Source: Candidatus Moraniibacteriota bacterium (GTDB lineage Bacteria; Patescibacteriota; Minisyncoccia; Moranbacterales; GCA-2747515). From it: a DNA stretch of 64,000 nt. The notes under the pieces are model-generated. The model worked only from the letters and a program-made list of their open reading frames with translations, was not told where the DNA came from and did no database searches. The stretch's first letter is position 1; the number at the start of each line of letters is the position of its first letter. The stretch covers positions 77,977 to 141,976 of the forward strand of contig JBBQZC010000001.1 in NCBI GenBank assembly GCA_038208115.1, in the 5' to 3' direction. Below, one piece after another: positions 1 to 9,626 of the stretch. Made by a program: the position numbers and the translations under genes.

Positions 1-1554
1 TGGGTCAAAAAGATCACGATCGAACACCACCTACCTGCATATCAGGAAATGGAAATCACAGATGATGCGGACGGTCTCTATCTGAGTGAGCCACATGCAA
101 TCCCGGATTTTATTATTGGTGAACATGTGTTTATTTCTACAATCGCCATCTTGACCGACGTGCCGATTATTAGTGCATTTGCATCATTGATACTTTTTGT
201 CATCAATATTTTTACGTTGCTCATGGTCTTCGTGCTAACACGACGATTATTTTGCAATCATCGCTTTGGGTCACACATTGCACTATTAACACTACTCTTT
301 ATTGGACCTCTCTGGACAATTAGCGGTGCTCAAGCCAAATTTGTCAGCGGAGGTGTAATCGGTAATGTGATTGGCAATCTCCTCATTCCTGCAACAATCT
401 ATTTTCTTTATCGGGCATTATCAGAAAAACGTTCTGCATATATGATTCCAGCGATCATCCTCGGCACGACACTTGCATACACACATCATTTGAGTGCATT
501 TATTTTTGGTTACGTTTTCGTTTTTAGTGTAATTCTTTTTATGATTTTTCAGATTGATGGCTGGAATGCGTATAAAAAGATATTTTCTCTTTTTAAAAAT
601 CCATTCATCATCCCACTTCTTATTAGTGCTTGTGCAATGCTTCTTTTTTTCATACCACCGTCATATCTGGACAAAGACGTGATTGCATCATCTATCGGCA
701 CACCAGATAAATCTACACGCATTGGCATTCCTTTTTCACAACTGCAATCCATGATTGGTGACGCACGATTCATATTTGGATTTATCGGTATGATCATATT
801 TTTTATTTCGATCATAATCTTTCGATTGAAAAATTCCTTTGCGATCATTCGATTACATATCCCCGTTGATTCATTCGCAATTGCATTTCTCGGCGGTTGG
901 CTCAGTGCCATCCTACTCATGAGTCTTTTTCCACAGCTCCTTCATGTAAACATTCTTTCATCGCGTATCGCCACCTATGCAGCATTTCCTCTGTCGATCT
1001 TTGCAGCATTTTTCATCATGTGGACGATTGACCATATCAAAGTCCACAATACATCGACACTCGCATTACCGCAGTTCATCATATCTTTTTTCATACTCTG
1101 TATATTGACATATACATTTACATCTGGCCTGCGTGATAATGCGACATCCATGAATGTACGGCCCGAAACCAATGATGCGCTCCAGACATTCCACGCAGGT
1201 GATTATGCAAGTAAAGTATTCAAAAATAATATCCAAAAAAATGATTTTTGGATCCTCAAAGATCATAACTACATCACAGCAGACACATGGCTCAAGATTT
1301 TTTTTACGTATGATTTTGCATTCCCCTTTTCCCGCGGTTACTTTGCGCGATATGAATCCAATCCTGACCGCGAAACATGTACACGCGACATGATCTCCAC
1401 ACCACAATCAGAAAGATCCATATATTGTTATGAATCTCTCAACGTCAGAGCAGTGCTCGTATCGACAAAGCAAGACGCTTCACAATTCACACGATCAGAC
1501 AATTTCTACCGTATCTACCAAAATGACGAACTCAGTCTCTTTTTACGAAAATAA
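1..1554 (+). CDS. polytopic membrane protein, 5'-partial (reading frame open to window start); probably another GT-C-type membrane glycosyltransferase
   Basis: Frame 1 has no stop from nt 1 to the ATG at 49. The 501-aa ORF has >=8 hydrophobic helices followed by a ~150-aa soluble C-terminal domain, the same architecture as the ArnT/PMT-like proteins elsewhere in this window. The N-terminal DE loop would lie upstream and is not visible. Confidence 0.4.
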   Translation, partial: WVKKITIEHHLPAYQEMEITDDADGLYLSEPHAIPDFIIGEHVFISTIAILTDVPIISAFASLILFVINIFTLLMVFVLTRRLFCNHRFGSHIALLTLLFIGPLWTISGAQAKFVSGGVIGNVIGNLLIPATIYFLYRALSEKRSAYMIPAIILGTTLAYTHHLSAFIFGYVFVFSVILFMIFQIDGWNAYKKIFSLFKNPFIIPLLISACAMLLFFIPPSYLDKDVIASSIGTPDKSTRIGIPFSQLQSMIGDARFIFGFIGMIIFFISIIIFRLKNSFAIIRLHIPVDSFAIAFLGGWLSAILLMSLFPQLLHVNILSSRIATYAAFPLSIFAAFFIMWTIDHIKVHNTSTLALPQFIISFFILCILTYTFTSGLRDNATSMNVRPETNDALQTFHAGDYASKVFKNNIQKNDFWILKDHNYITADTWLKIFFTYDFAFPFSRGYFARYESNPDRETCTRDMISTPQSERSIYCYESLNVRAVLVSTKQDASQFTRSDNFYRIYQNDELSLFLRK

Positions 1555-1606
1555 TACAATATTTTTTTATGAACTTTATGAACTTTTAAATTGATAAACG
1601 TGTTCT

Positions 1607-1954
1607 ATGAAATATCCTCATATCATTATCATCACAATTTTAGCAACTCTCATGGCAAGCATGCTCTTTCTTGCATATGTAGAAAAAAACCAACGCGACA
1701 CGGATGAAGATTTCTGGAGCGTGTATTTTGTCTATCCACTGGCAGACAATAACACTTTTGTCATCGATAACCGATCATCTGCGGCGACATTTCACTATGA
1801 TATCACGACAGAATCTGGCATTATCGCATCAGACGATGTAGAGATTGAGACAAAAGATCGCATCCTCATCAAAACTGAAGCAGAACAAAACGCCCAACCT
1901 GTCACGATTACTGTTAAAAAAGGAGATGAAAAGAAAGAATTAGAAAAAAAATAA
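1607..1954 (+). CDS. hypothetical small protein with N-terminal signal/anchor helix
   Basis: 115-aa ORF with a hydrophobic N-terminus (IIIITILATLMASMLFLAYV) and a Lys/Glu-rich tail. No recognisable motif. Confidence 0.35.
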   Translation: MKYPHIIIITILATLMASMLFLAYVEKNQRDTDEDFWSVYFVYPLADNNTFVIDNRSSAATFHYDITTESGIIASDDVEIETKDRILIKTEAEQNAQPVTITVKKGDEKKELEKK

Positions 1955-2236
1955 AAACGACCGTGAGTATAGACTCATGATCGTTTTGGACATCTACTGC
2001 AAGAAATCAATCAACCTCTTTTATTGACTCTTCCTGCTTTTTTACTTGATCATCTGCAATTTGTGTCATTTTCAACACATAACAGATTTTTTCCGCATAA
2101 TAGCCCAGTGCTAAAATAAGAGCAGCAATGCCTATTGCAATGAATTGAACATCTCTTAGTCCGCCCATTGCATGAAATAAGCCTACTGCGCAATACATCG
2201 TAATCAATGTTTTTGTCAGCTCCATCATTCCCTCTT

Positions 2237-2635
2237 TTATAAGTTTTTTGACGATGGTGGTGCATACGATTGATACATCGCCACTCGCACATTGACATCT
2301 TTTAGCTGCCGATCCGAAAGAGAAATAATTTTGTGAACAAATTTGCTCGCATTAAACTCTTCTTTGGCAATCCTCAAATGGATCAATTGTTTCGGAGATT
2401 CAAAACCAATCTCCTTGAGAAAATTTGCGCATTCCTTTTTAGAGAAATGCACAAGGGTTTGACCGGCGCAGCGATTCTTATGAACTGTGTTTATAAACAC
2501 CCACAATCCACGATCGTCCATACGCGTATGATAAATGTCATACGTATCAGCAAATTCCTGATATGACTCACCGTATTGCATGTATCCACATACAATTGCG
2601 ATTACAACACTTACCAAAACAATGACTTTTTTCAT
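2237..2635 (-). CDS. hypothetical secreted protein
   Basis: 132-aa ORF with a signal-peptide-like N-terminus (MKKVIVLVSVVIAIVCGY). Strong SD (AAGGAGG) lies 6-8 nt upstream of the ATG on the minus strand (plus-strand 'cctcctt' at 2641-2647). Confidence 0.5.
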   Translation of the reverse strand: MKKVIVLVSVVIAIVCGYMQYGESYQEFADTYDIYHTRMDDRGLWVFINTVHKNRCAGQTLVHFSKKECANFLKEIGFESPKQLIHLRIAKEEFNASKFVHKIISLSDRQLKDVNVRVAMYQSYAPPSSKNL

Positions 2636-2727
2636 AACAAACCTCCTTAGTTTGCTTTGAATTATGGAGAAAAGCTGTTAAAATAACAATAAGGTACGAA
2701 TTAAAATTATAACACATTTTTAACGTA

Positions 2728-3852
2728 ATGTCAATACTTACTAAGAAAATCCTTTTTGTTACACGTCCACTTTCTCCCCCATGGGATGAAGCGAGTAAAA
2801 ACTTCGCCTATGATCTCGCATGCAATATAGGTGATTACGCGGTCACAATTCCTGTTGATGTTATCAACCCACACACACCAATTACTGTTACGCAAAAACA
2901 AATCTATTCATCAAATAATTTTACCTTATGGCAAAAAGTCCGATTAGTATTTTTCTTGTGGCAAAATGCACAACAATTTGATCTCATACATCTCCTCTTC
3001 ACTCCGACAAAATTTAACAGTGCTGTATTAAAATTTGTTTTAAAAAACAAAGATGTAAAAGTTATTCAAACTATTGCAACAGTACGTGATGATCTTTACT
3101 CCACAAAAGACCTTAAAAAAATGTATTTTGGCGATATGCTTGTGACATATTCTCAGTGGGCAAAGACAAAATTAGAAAAAATGGGGTTTACCAATATCAG
3201 GCAAATTTATCCCGGCATCAATCTCTCCAAATTTTCTCCTTCTCCAAAGAATTCTACGCTTTTGTCTCAATTAGGTTTTTCAGAAACTGATATGATTGTT
3301 TCATATCCGGGAGAATTTGTTCGACTTGGTGCGACCGACCTCATCATCGATACATTTCTCGATATCTGGAAAGAACCTACAAACACACATATCAAATATT
3401 TGTGTGCATGTCGCATCAAAAACGATGCCGATCAAAAGAAGAAGGAAGAGCTAATCCATCGCCTCACTGTTGCAGGATATCGCAATCACGTCGTTTTTAC
3501 AGACACATTTAGCGATGTAAATGCACTATATAATCTCGCTGATATTATTATCTTCCCCGTCACATCCATGAAAGGCAAATTTGATGTGCCTCTCGCAATG
3601 ATTGAACCTTATGCCTGCAAAAAACCCGTTATTGCGTCTGACCTTGAGCTATTTCGAGAGTTTTCGAGTGATGCAATCAATGTTATAATACCCACGGCAC
3701 AAAAAGAACCTCTCCGACATGCAATTCTTACACTCGCTACGGACCATATACAACGAAAGGCACTTGGAGAAAGCGCATTCATATTTGCACACCAAACATT
3801 TGATATTAAAAACGTAGCACGTAACTACATACGAATCTATGAACAATTATAA
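2728..3852 (+). CDS. glycosyltransferase family 4 (GT-B, group 1)
   Basis: 374-aa protein. C-terminal GT4 signature EPYACKKPVIASDLELFREF (E-x7-E region) and an N-terminal Rossmann-like domain. Confidence 0.75.
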   Translation: MSILTKKILFVTRPLSPPWDEASKNFAYDLACNIGDYAVTIPVDVINPHTPITVTQKQIYSSNNFTLWQKVRLVFFLWQNAQQFDLIHLLFTPTKFNSAVLKFVLKNKDVKVIQTIATVRDDLYSTKDLKKMYFGDMLVTYSQWAKTKLEKMGFTNIRQIYPGINLSKFSPSPKNSTLLSQLGFSETDMIVSYPGEFVRLGATDLIIDTFLDIWKEPTNTHIKYLCACRIKNDADQKKKEELIHRLTVAGYRNHVVFTDTFSDVNALYNLADIIIFPVTSMKGKFDVPLAMIEPYACKKPVIASDLELFREFSSDAINVIIPTAQKEPLRHAILTLATDHIQRKALGESAFIFAHQTFDIKNVARNYIRIYEQL

Positions 3853-5347
3853 AAATTCCATACACAAAATCTCAGAACACCAACATGAGTTCAAAACAGA
3901 CGAAATGTCTGTCTCATCCCGTTTTTTTATGAGTGAGGATCTCCTCCCAGAAGAACAAACTTTCACACAATCAGAGGATATCGCGTCAAACAAAGATATA
4001 TTCTTCCGTCATACAGTCGCAATGCCTGATATATGCTCCAAGCCTGGACGCAAAAATGCATCTGGCACCACAATCGTATCTGATAAATACATCTTGCCAC
4101 AAGTCAATGATTCCGATCCAAACTGTGGCATGCGATTGGTCAAAACCACCCTTACCGAAGAAAACACATCTCCAGAAGAAATTCGCATACTTTTTGAACA
4201 ACTCGTCAACACTGTCCCAACCAAAAAACTTATCGGTACACATGTGCCATTTGATACAGTAGTGGATATTTGTCGCAAAGGCACATCTGCCGCAATCGAC
4301 TATTTTAATATTGCAACAAAAAATGAGTTAGAAAACACACAATACAATGGAAACTTTTTTGGCAAAGAGATGTCCCCACAAGATATCTTTGATGTCATCC
4401 CAAAATTATATCTCCATTTTGCCAAGTATCGTCTCGGCATACTCGGTGCTGCAGGTAATCACTTTCTCGATCTCATGAAAGTGACCGATATTGTTGATCC
4501 TATAGTCGCAGAAAAGCTTGGTATTAGTAAGGGACAATATCTTTTCATGGTACACACAGGGTCTGGCATACTCGGACAATATACGATGTACACACACACT
4601 GCAAAAAAGCGTGAACACTTCTCTCAGTCACTCATGGTCACACTCGGTCGTATGATGTTTAGCTCTACTAAAAAAGACGTATACAGATCCATGCAAAATA
4701 AGATCGCTCAACACATGACAGGCGATCAAACCCTTCTCACATACGATGCAGATGGACCAGATGGTGAGCTTTATATGAACGCGCGTGCAGCAGCATCAAA
4801 TTTTGGCACAGCAAATCGTGCTGTAATCATTCACAACATTGCCAATACGATCAAAAAAACATTGAGCCGTGATCCACATATGGATCTGATTTACGACCTC
4901 CCGCACATTTCAATCACACGAGAAAATCACTTTGATAAAGATGTCTGGGTACATCGCAACAACACTTCGCGCGCATTCGGACCGAGCAAGATGCACGAAC
5001 ATCCTGTTTACCGTGAAACTGGTGAACCTGTATTCATTCCATCATCAATGAGCACGGATGCGTATATCTGTGTTGGCACCGACCGCAATGCAGAAAGTTT
5101 TTATTCTGCTCCACATGGAACTGGCAAAGGTAAAAACAGAACAGAAAAAACCATTACAAACAAAGAAGAGTTATTTGCGAAAATGAAAGAAAAAGGTGTA
5201 CATCTCTACAATGCCAAATCATCGATTGTCATCAATCAAGATTCTGCACGTTATAAAAACATCAACCGTGTCATCGAAGGCGTCGAGGCAAACGGAATTG
5301 CGCACGTTATCGCAAAAATGCAACCAGTAAGCGTCATTGTATATTAA
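3839..5347 (+). CDS. rtcB: RtcB-family RNA 3'-phosphate ligase
   Basis: All RtcB metal/GMP-binding motifs are recognisable: DPNCGMR (Asp/Cys), GNHFLD (Asn-His), VHTGSG (His), IIHNIAN (His), SAPHGTGKG (GMP-His). Length 502 aa. The start overlaps the upstream GT4 gene by 14 nt, so an internal Met (3905) is possible. Confidence 0.8.
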   Translation: MNNYKNSIHKISEHQHEFKTDEMSVSSRFFMSEDLLPEEQTFTQSEDIASNKDIFFRHTVAMPDICSKPGRKNASGTTIVSDKYILPQVNDSDPNCGMRLVKTTLTEENTSPEEIRILFEQLVNTVPTKKLIGTHVPFDTVVDICRKGTSAAIDYFNIATKNELENTQYNGNFFGKEMSPQDIFDVIPKLYLHFAKYRLGILGAAGNHFLDLMKVTDIVDPIVAEKLGISKGQYLFMVHTGSGILGQYTMYTHTAKKREHFSQSLMVTLGRMMFSSTKKDVYRSMQNKIAQHMTGDQTLLTYDADGPDGELYMNARAAASNFGTANRAVIIHNIANTIKKTLSRDPHMDLIYDLPHISITRENHFDKDVWVHRNNTSRAFGPSKMHEHPVYRETGEPVFIPSSMSTDAYICVGTDRNAESFYSAPHGTGKGKNRTEKTITNKEELFAKMKEKGVHLYNAKSSIVINQDSARYKNINRVIEGVEANGIAHVIAKMQPVSVIVY

Positions 5348-5370
5348 ATTGCTCAAAATAGACTACCAAA

Positions 5371-5407
5371 GATTTACCCTTCAGATATCCGGAGGGTAAA
5401 TTTTTTT
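5371..5407 (+). terminator. rho-independent terminator after rtcB
   Basis: tttaccct-tcagatatccgg-agggtaaa hairpin (8-bp perfect stem) followed by a T7 run. Confidence 0.5.
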
Positions 5408-5977
5408 ACAAATCCTTATCAAAAATACAGAAGTGCGGAGAGCTTGTATAAACTTTCTGCACGTGCGTCTGTTCATTACGATGCATCCTGCGCCATGAGC
5501 ATCTCCTTTCCTTTTTGCTCTCGATGGCTCAAAGGTGTTATCGGTTATACGGCTATTCCGTAATATATTTCTCGCCTGTTCTGATATTAGGCGACTGCGA
5601 TCACGATCACGATAGATGCTTTTTTGGTGCAGGTAGATTGTACGCCCAGAGGATTAATCATTTTCCCATTTTGCTGCAGTTTTTCCGTAAGACGGGTATA
5701 CATCATCAGTGCATTCTCCTCTTTAAAATTACATACCTGTTAATACATTTTTTCACAAACTCGTTTGCTCGTCACACCCTCTTGCTTGAATATTATACAA
5801 TTGAAACACCTTTCACCTACAATTATGCCAAATGCATATTTCACGTCAAAAAATAATGCAGTATTATTTCCCTTTATAAAAAATAGACTTTTGTCTGAAA
5901 ACATGTTAAAAATATCAAGAGAAAGATTTTGTTCTTTAAATTAGTTGTACACCTCAAAAAAAGACAAGGAGTACTGC

Positions 5978-7282
5978 ATGGAAAGATTATTTGTCATCAT
6001 CGTATCAGCACTCGTCGGTACAGTATTTTATTTTTGGTGCGTACTGATACTCAAAAAAGAATCTGCAAGAGAATACGTCAGAGCGCATCCTTTTTTTCTT
6101 CACCCAAACGCTATATGTTATTGGCGCACGGCAATGGCTTTGTGTGGCTATTACCTCTACTTTTGGACCATAGGGTATCAATCACTGGCCATATTCATCT
6201 TTACATTTGCAGCAATATTAGATGGCGTGGATGGTGTAGTAGCACGGAAGTGTAATTTAATCTCGCAAAAAGGTGCGACTCTCGATCCTCTATGTGATAA
6301 ATTTACATATTTACCACCTCTACTCAATTTTTCTTTTCTCGGAATCATGTCTACGGAGCTTGTGCTTGCTCTCACATGTGTAGAATTTGTGGGTCAATTT
6401 TTTACCAGACCAATCCTGAAACGTTTTCAGCTGTCTGTTGCTGCTAATAATTTTGGCAAGATCAAAGCAATCATTTGCTTTGGACTGGTAATTTATGGCG
6501 CTCTTTTGGACGCTGAGCCGCATCTTATGAACATTTGTAATGAGGTGCTAATCTCAACGATTATCCTTTCATCAGCATCTATGATCTTCAAGTTCATTCC
6601 AAACAGATTGTATGCTGACATTCTCTCTCTGTTAAATTTTTGCTGTGGTGTTGCGAGTCTCATATACGCACATGAACATCATTTTGTTCTAGCTACCATT
6701 GCTATTCTCACTGGTCAAATGTTTGATCTGTTTGATGGCAGAATGGCAGAAAAATACGGCGGTACTAAGGCTGGTCCATATTTAGATGACATGGCAGATT
6801 TTGTGAGCTTCGGCATTTGCCCTGCGTACATCCTCTACTTACTCGGAAATGGTGTGACATCTATCCTGGGCATTTGTTTTATCATCGGTATCGCATATCG
6901 ACTCATAAGATTCGTGCTATATGATAAAAAAAGAACAGATCTCCCACCTGGCATCTTCAATGGATTGCCCAGTCCAGCTGGCGCACTCATCATTCTCGGA
7001 TCAACACTAAGTCTCAGTCCCACATTTCTCTCGATAGCAATTGTCATATCAATCAGCCTCATGGTAAGCAATATTCGATTTGCGCACTTTGGTCGCGTGA
7101 TTCTCAAGAAATTGCCCAAACCGATTTTTTTTCTCTTTGGTGCATTTCTCATCATCACGCTAACGTATATAACAAAAATCAGAGATCCACAGTTATTTGG
7201 CTACCTCCTTTTGTTTTCCGCCATGATCTATATCATGACAGGTAGAAAAATGGCTATGGATATATGCAAATCCCCACAATAA
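5978..7282 (+). CDS. membrane protein with two tandem CDP-alcohol phosphatidyltransferase domains
   Basis: Two copies of the D-G-x2-A-R-x8-G-x3-D-x3-D signature. Copy 1 is DGVDGVVARKCNLISQKGATLDPLCDKF. Copy 2 is DLFDGRMAEKYGGTKAGPYLDDMADFV (AR->AE). Each copy is followed by multiple TM helices. Start chosen at ATG 5978 (MERLF...) because AAGGAG lies 7 nt upstream; the track ORF begins at 5945. Confidence 0.75.
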   Translation: MERLFVIIVSALVGTVFYFWCVLILKKESAREYVRAHPFFLHPNAICYWRTAMALCGYYLYFWTIGYQSLAIFIFTFAAILDGVDGVVARKCNLISQKGATLDPLCDKFTYLPPLLNFSFLGIMSTELVLALTCVEFVGQFFTRPILKRFQLSVAANNFGKIKAIICFGLVIYGALLDAEPHLMNICNEVLISTIILSSASMIFKFIPNRLYADILSLLNFCCGVASLIYAHEHHFVLATIAILTGQMFDLFDGRMAEKYGGTKAGPYLDDMADFVSFGICPAYILYLLGNGVTSILGICFIIGIAYRLIRFVLYDKKRTDLPPGIFNGLPSPAGALIILGSTLSLSPTFLSIAIVISISLMVSNIRFAHFGRVILKKLPKPIFFLFGAFLIITLTYITKIRDPQLFGYLLLFSAMIYIMTGRKMAMDICKSPQ

Positions 7283-7290
7283 ACCCTAGA

Positions 7291-7322
7291 AGGCCGTGTC
7301 ATCATAATGACCGGCTTTTTTC
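7291..7322 (+). terminator. probable rho-independent terminator
   Basis: ggccg(t)gtcat ... atgaccggc imperfect hairpin followed by tttttt. Confidence 0.4.
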
Positions 7323-7486
7323 TTACACTATTCATATATTTATTAGGCGTCAAAAAATAGACATGCACATACTGACATGATAAGATCATCTGTCGGTATT
7401 TTATACATCACATCTGTATCAGTATATATTAAACAATGCTCATAAATATTTTTCTCACAAAAAAATCATTTAGATATTATGCTTAA

Positions 7487-7765
7487 TCATTTTTTAAATT
7501 TCTTCTGACAATCTATCGCTTCATTGATGCATTCTTCTGGATCATAACCGAGATCATCACACCATCGTATGGTTGCAAAAATGATATTCCCAAGCTCTTT
7601 TTTTAATTCTTGATCAGTATGTGTCTTTTCATCCTTTGGCGCATTACGCTCCCATCGACACAAATCACCAAATACTTTTCCCATACGCACAATAATCTGC
7701 GCCAGTGGTAATTTTTGATCACCCCAAATCGCACGACTATGCTTTAATAAGATCTTTATTTCCAT
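7487..7765 (-). CDS. MazG-like (all-alpha NTP pyrophosphohydrolase) small protein
   Basis: 92 aa with an acidic helical pattern (ELKKELGNIIFATIRWCDDLGYDPEE) typical of the small MazG/NTP-PPase house-cleaning family. Last gene of a 3-gene minus-strand operon. Confidence 0.55.
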   Translation of the reverse strand: MEIKILLKHSRAIWGDQKLPLAQIIVRMGKVFGDLCRWERNAPKDEKTHTDQELKKELGNIIFATIRWCDDLGYDPEECINEAIDCQKKFKK

Positions 7766-7854
7766 AATTTTTTATAAGATAGTTACCAGAAATACTTTCA
7801 TCGTCATCCTATTATACCATTTTTTACAATGATAAAGATGCGACTTCACATATT

Positions 7855-8589
7855 TTATATACAAATCTTTTTCTTAAGCCAGCACTCTGTCCCATATGGT
7901 TTTTTGTTATAATATCTTTTTGCATGTTCCACAAGAAGTGCGTGATATTCTTGATAGACAATCATTAATTTCGTATTATCTGTAATCATATTTTGCAACG
8001 CTTTTTCAAAAAATGTTTTTGCAGTATCATATGTAGTGCTTTCTTCAAAAAACCCTACGTGTGTCATAATTCTCTTCGTATATGTATCCACGACAAATTC
8101 CGGCTGTTTAAAAGCATACAATAGCATAGAATCCGCAGTCTCTGGCCCAATACCTATGCATGCACGCAATTCTTCTCTTGATGGTATTTTATCACTGAGA
8201 TTAAGAAAAAATGGAACAAAATCTTTAATATAACGAGATTTTTGATTATGATACCCCGATGGTTTGATTGCCTCTCTCAATTTGACATCATCCAACGCAA
8301 TGATTGATTCAGGTGTTAAACTGTGAAGACTTTGTAAATTCAACAATGACTTTTCTACGGAAGTCCATGATGTATTCTGCGTTAAAAAACATCCCAGACA
8401 GATCTCAAATTGTTCATCTCGTGTTCGTGGGAATGCATAATCTCCCACATGATATCCACTGATCACACCAGACGTGGTCGGATTGATCCCATCATAATTT
8501 ACCAGAGGCCACCATCCTTGCGCTCCATACGCTTTGTGCAATTCTAGATAAATTGTATATATTTCTCTTACCATACACGGACCAATCAT
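7855..8589 (-). CDS. HhH-GPD DNA glycosylase, endonuclease-III-related (MagIII/COG2231-like)
   Basis: Helix-hairpin-helix plus catalytic Asp region (ACIGIGPETADSMLLYAFKQPEFVVDTYTKRI), a QGWWP motif and FLTQNTSW. No C-terminal 4Cys Fe-S cluster. Overlaps the upstream gene by 4 nt (ATGA). Confidence 0.7.
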   Translation of the reverse strand: MIGPCMVREIYTIYLELHKAYGAQGWWPLVNYDGINPTTSGVISGYHVGDYAFPRTRDEQFEICLGCFLTQNTSWTSVEKSLLNLQSLHSLTPESIIALDDVKLREAIKPSGYHNQKSRYIKDFVPFFLNLSDKIPSREELRACIGIGPETADSMLLYAFKQPEFVVDTYTKRIMTHVGFFEESTTYDTAKTFFEKALQNMITDNTKLMIVYQEYHALLVEHAKRYYNKKPYGTECWLKKKICI

Positions 8590-9620
8590 ACTGGCGACTT
8601 TTGTGATTGTATAATGGCATATTTTATAGCTTCTCGTGCCAAAACGCCATCCTCATATTTTCCTCTATTCTGTTCAAGCCACCGTGCGATATTTTGTGCT
8701 ACTAATTCAGAAAAACTTGTCCCTTGCATGTCTGCAGCTACTCTCGTTCTATCCATTTCTCGTGGTTGCTCATGTATATTATTTTCTTTCATCCATGCTG
8801 TTATTGCATCCATGATTTTCTCAGTATTTTCTGTATTCTTGAAGTGTACGACGATTGAATCATTATGCGATAAGAATCCCGTAAAGCTTTCAGGAATTTT
8901 GACTTTAATAATATCATCGCTCTCCTGCGATAGTCGTCGCAACGTTTTTGTCAACTGAGGCATATGTCGAATAAATGCATATTCATCAATTGGAATTGTC
9001 GTATATATTTTCATACTATTTGTATCACGATCTTGTATGTCAGGACGTGTGTTAATACCAAACCATCCCGGATTACTTTCCCATGAGAATTCAGGACTCT
9101 CTATAAACACTTTTTCTAGTATCTCCCGCACATGTCTATACCATGACTTTTGTTCACTATATGCAGCCATGTGGTCGGCAACCTCCACCCCTGCAGCATA
9201 TGTATTTCCCACAAATTCACTTCGCTGCGTCAGCATGTCACGAATATCCCCAGCTACGCGATCTACAAAATTTGCGTAATCCACATGGTTTTTCAATCGA
9301 TCCAACAATTTTTCTTCACAAAGCTTTACATTTGGCAGATCTTTATACTTTTCAAAGTTAAATACATCACCCCGATCTTTCTCTGGATTTCCTGCAATTA
9401 ATTGCCTTGTTCTCTCTAAGTCTTCTGACTCCTTAAGAGACTTTTCAGCTATTGTTTTTTGCCAAGATTCTTCACGCTCCTGATTATATTGTTCCAATGT
9501 TTCATCCACACGCATCGCTCGCCCCACCATATGCATCTCCTTTTGCATTTCTGCTACTTCATTTGGCGTGAGTTTTTGATTGTTGTTTTCATGATCGATC
9601 ATATAGGTAATTTTTATCAT
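8586..9620 (-). CDS. hypothetical protein (344 aa), first gene of the operon with the DNA glycosylase and MazG-like genes
   Basis: Long clean ORF with an acidic/helical N-terminus and no motif I can name. Translationally coupled to the downstream glycosylase. Confidence 0.6.
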   Translation of the reverse strand: MIKITYMIDHENNNQKLTPNEVAEMQKEMHMVGRAMRVDETLEQYNQEREESWQKTIAEKSLKESEDLERTRQLIAGNPEKDRGDVFNFEKYKDLPNVKLCEEKLLDRLKNHVDYANFVDRVAGDIRDMLTQRSEFVGNTYAAGVEVADHMAAYSEQKSWYRHVREILEKVFIESPEFSWESNPGWFGINTRPDIQDRDTNSMKIYTTIPIDEYAFIRHMPQLTKTLRRLSQESDDIIKVKIPESFTGFLSHNDSIVVHFKNTENTEKIMDAITAWMKENNIHEQPREMDRTRVAADMQGTSFSELVAQNIARWLEQNRGKYEDGVLAREAIKYAIIQSQKSPV

Positions 9621-9626
9621 AACACC

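Noticed and set aside
549-1407. Several 65-123-aa minus-strand ORFs (549-920, 975-1172, 1066-1407) and the plus-strand ORF 1154-1393.
   Set aside because: All are embedded in, or out of frame with, the long membrane-protein ORF 1-1554, and they lack RBSs. They are shadow ORFs. The same reasoning was applied to the many other short track ORFs nested antisense inside long genes throughout the window.
3933-4284. Three overlapping short ORFs inside rtcB.
   Set aside because: They overlap a gene whose frame carries every RtcB catalytic motif. They are alternative-frame artefacts.
5515-5856. 113-aa plus-strand ORF in the long intergenic gap.
   Set aside because: Its composition is dominated by C/H/F/Y/L in the pattern typical of out-of-frame AT-rich sequence. 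It has no RBS and no recognisable motif, so it is most likely spurious.
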